Source of the DNA: Candidatus Eiseniibacteriota bacterium
Lineage (GTDB): Bacteria > Eisenbacteria > RBG-16-71-46
Length of the DNA: 64,000 nucleotides
NCBI GenBank assembly: GCA_038231135.1
Contig: JBBRLX010000001.1
Span: forward strand, 64,001 to 128,000
Reading direction: 5' to 3'
In this document: in pieces, positions 61,550 through 64,000 of the stretch
Position numbering within the stretch: position 1 is the first letter of the stretch
Layout: every line of letters begins with the position of its first letter
Notes under the pieces: generated by a model
What the model saw: the letters and a program-made list of their open reading frames with translations, nothing else
Told to the model about the DNA's origin: nothing
Databases searched by the model: none
Made by a program: the position numbers and the translations under genes

Positions 61550-63841
61550 ATGATCGGATCCGTCTCGCGGGTGGCCCGGCCGGGCGTCGCGGCCCTGCTC
61601 CTCGCCGCCCTGTGGGTCACCCCCATGCCCGCCCATGCCAGCGGCGCGTGGACCACCTACCTCCGCGCCTACACCTATGCCGACCTGATCGCGGATTCGA
61701 CCACGGTGTGGTGCGCCACGCTCGAGGGCGGCCTCGTGCAATTCGACCGTGCGACGCACACGTTCACGACCACGGTGCGGGAGCCGGGCGGCATCGCCAG
61801 CAACTCGCTCACCGCGCTCACGTTCGACCGCTCACGGCGGCTGTGGGCCGGCACCCAGGGCGCCGGGCTCAGCTACCTGTCGGCGGATCGCAGCCGGTGG
61901 AACCTGCTCAACGAGTTCGACGGGTTGCCGTCGGACACCGTCAACGCGTTGACGCCGCAGGGTGACACGCTGTGGATCGGCACCACCAAGGGCATCACGC
62001 TGTGGGACGGCCAGCGCGTCCTGGGCTCGCTGCCCGACGGCATCAACGCCTCGCCGTTCGCGAGCAACAACGTCACCGGCATCGTGGTGGCGGGGGACTC
62101 GCTGTATCTCGCGACGCGCGGGGGAGTCTACCGCTCGCTCGAGTCGCAGAACCTCCAGGTGTGGGACACCCTGAACCGCGGGTTGCCGACGCCCGTCGTC
62201 GAGCAGTTCGCCACCGACGGCACCACGATCATGGCGTTCTCGAGCGACACGGCGTGGAAGGCGCCCTACGTGCTGTCGGACACCGGCTGGGTGCGGCGGC
62301 CCACGCCCGCCGTCGCGCGCCGGATCGGCGCCGACCGCAACACGATCTTCGTGATGACCTCGGTCGGAATGTATCGCTGGAACGGCGCGGGGTACGCGCC
62401 GATTCCGGGCTCGCCGGGTTCCGGACCGCTCCCTCAGCAGTGGATCGCCCCGGCGATGGCGCCCGACGGCAAGCTCTATGGGGCCAGCCGCAGCGGCATG
62501 TTCGAGCAACCCGCGGGGGTGTCGCTCTGGACGCTCTACCGGCCGCAGCAACCCCCCGGCAACAACATCACGAACCTCGCGCTCGAGGGTCCACGCCTCT
62601 ATATGACCACCTATAACGAGGGCATCGGCCGCTACGACGGCGTGAACTGGCGCAACTGGCCTCCAGGCTTCTGCCAGCTGCCGGCCTGCAGCCGGGATAC
62701 CTCGTTCGGGACCGCGACGTTCGCGTTCTCGTTGCTGATCGACCGGCGCAGCGCCAAGTGGTTCACCACCTGGGGCGAACCCGGCAACCCGCTGAGGCCG
62801 GGTGCGGTCGAACACATGGTCGACGACACCGATCCCCCGCAGTTCACCTCGGTCCAGGCGTGGTCCGACGGCCTCGACCCGGTGCGCCACTCGTTCGGCA
62901 TCGGGTCCACGCTCGACTCCAGTGGCGGCCACTGGTTCGGCCTCGACAGTCCCGCGCGCGAGGATCAACAGTTCTCGCCGATCGGGCTCGATTACTACGA
63001 CAGCACGGGGACGTTCGTCCGCAACCTCAGCCCGTCGAACACCGGCATATTCGGTCTGCGCACCGGCCGCATCATCGCGCTGACGACGGATGCGCTGGGC
63101 GTGATCTGGATCGGCACGACCGGCCAGGGCGTGCAGCGGCTGGTCTACGACCCGGTACTGAACACGGCCATGTTCGAAACCGTGAGTCCCGACGACAAGA
63201 TCGACGTGCGTGGCATCGTCGCCGTGGGCGACACGGTGTGGGCGCAGAGCACGAACGACGTGCGGGACTACCGGCGCTCGGGCGGCCTCATCGGCGCCTA
63301 TCCCGTGCTCGCCGGGCCCTCCGACATCGCCGGGCACTCGCTCGAGGTCGCGAAGGACGGCACGGTGTGGGCGGCGACCGTGAACGGCGTCCGGGTCTAC
63401 CGGAGCGACGGCACCGTGCTCGCGGACTACACGGAGGCGAACTCGCCGCTCGCGAGCGACGAGGTGCGCGCGATCCGCTCGGATCCCGTGACGGGCGTGC
63501 TGTGGATCGGCACGGCGGCCGGCCTGCACCGCTTCGACCCCCGGTTCGTGCCGGCGCCGCCGCCGTCGGTGGTGCGGCTCGATGCGCGCGTCTATCCCAA
63601 TCCGTCGCGGCTCACCGCACTCGGCGTCGATCTCCGGCTCGCCGGCAACACCTCGGACTATCGCGGCGCGATCTACGATCTCACCGGCCGGCTGGTGCAC
63701 TCGTTCTCGGGTGCCGCGAACGGCGCGCGCATCTGGGATGGTCGCGACCGCGACGGCCGGCGCGTGCAGCCCGGCGTCTACTTCCTCCACGTGACCGCGG
63801 GCGGCCGTTCCACGCTGGTGCGCATCGCGCTCCTGCATTAG
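61550..63841 (+). CDS. Secreted tandem beta-propeller protein with C-terminal T9SS-CTD/FlgD-like Ig domain (PorZ-like)
   Basis: Signal peptide; repeated LWxGT / GLPSDTV / NSPLASDEV propeller motifs; VYPNP...YDLTGRLV...WDGRD..G..V..GVYF. Confidence 0.8.
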   Translation: MIGSVSRVARPGVAALLLAALWVTPMPAHASGAWTTYLRAYTYADLIADSTTVWCATLEGGLVQFDRATHTFTTTVREPGGIASNSLTALTFDRSRRLWAGTQGAGLSYLSADRSRWNLLNEFDGLPSDTVNALTPQGDTLWIGTTKGITLWDGQRVLGSLPDGINASPFASNNVTGIVVAGDSLYLATRGGVYRSLESQNLQVWDTLNRGLPTPVVEQFATDGTTIMAFSSDTAWKAPYVLSDTGWVRRPTPAVARRIGADRNTIFVMTSVGMYRWNGAGYAPIPGSPGSGPLPQQWIAPAMAPDGKLYGASRSGMFEQPAGVSLWTLYRPQQPPGNNITNLALEGPRLYMTTYNEGIGRYDGVNWRNWPPGFCQLPACSRDTSFGTATFAFSLLIDRRSAKWFTTWGEPGNPLRPGAVEHMVDDTDPPQFTSVQAWSDGLDPVRHSFGIGSTLDSSGGHWFGLDSPAREDQQFSPIGLDYYDSTGTFVRNLSPSNTGIFGLRTGRIIALTTDALGVIWIGTTGQGVQRLVYDPVLNTAMFETVSPDDKIDVRGIVAVGDTVWAQSTNDVRDYRRSGGLIGAYPVLAGPSDIAGHSLEVAKDGTVWAATVNGVRVYRSDGTVLADYTEANSPLASDEVRAIRSDPVTGVLWIGTAAGLHRFDPRFVPAPPPSVVRLDARVYPNPSRLTALGVDLRLAGNTSDYRGAIYDLTGRLVHSFSGAANGARIWDGRDRDGRRVQPGVYFLHVTAGGRSTLVRIALLH

Positions 63842-63857
63842 CGGCCCGCGCCCGCGC

Positions 63858-64000
63858 GTGACCGATCACTGCCGGATTCTCGACGAGGCTCCGCCCGCGT
63901 GGCACGAGTTGCTCCACGCGGATCCCGGCGCGGGGCCGGGGCATCGCCCGGGCCTGTGGAGCGCACTCGCCGGCGCCATACCCGGCGGCAGCGTGCGGTT
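63858..64000 (+). CDS. Partial CDS, possibly GNAT (CelD/BcsL or FemAB-like)
   Basis: Open frame from GTG: TDHCRILDEAPPAWHELLHADPGAGPGHRPGLW; W..L....P.A...H.P.W pattern. Confidence 0.45.
   Translation, partial: MTDHCRILDEAPPAWHELLHADPGAGPGHRPGLWSALAGAIPGGSVR

Overview
High-GC bacterial chromosome segment, almost entirely coding. The FlgD/T9SS-like C-terminal domain, dockerin-like secreted protein and soluble TonB_C fusions suggest an FCB-adjacent lineage such as Candidatus Eisenbacteria; this is inference only. Left part (1-22.8 kb): start of a LeuB-family gene, two histidine kinases (one lacks its phospho-His), a LeuA-like synthase, thiolase, hbd, apgM, tRNA-Leu-tig-clpP-clpX-lon, an aminotransferase-serA pair, purA and tRNA-Lys. 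Middle (22.8-34.2 kb): accessory genes, namely a TonB_C fusion, STAS protein, zwf plus ROK kinase, Spy/CpxP-like protein, Eis-like GNAT, deacetylase-formyltransferase pair, orphan zf-HC2 anti-sigma and an atypical YchF. Right part (34.3-64 kb): an FMN riboswitch and ribD-ribE-ribBA-ribH-nusB run, via overlapping stop/start codons, into a ~25 kb surface-glycosylation locus. That locus encodes three GT-C-type membrane transferases (one TMEM260/DUF2723-like), two polyprenol-P-sugar synthases, two flippase-type proteins, HddA/HddC-like enzymes, an AsnB amidotransferase, methyltransferases and a PorZ-like propeller protein. It is the best candidate for an undescribed system (protein glycosylation or glyco-anchoring). 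No CRISPR, rRNA, transposase or integrase was seen. All calls come from reading motifs by eye; no searches were run.
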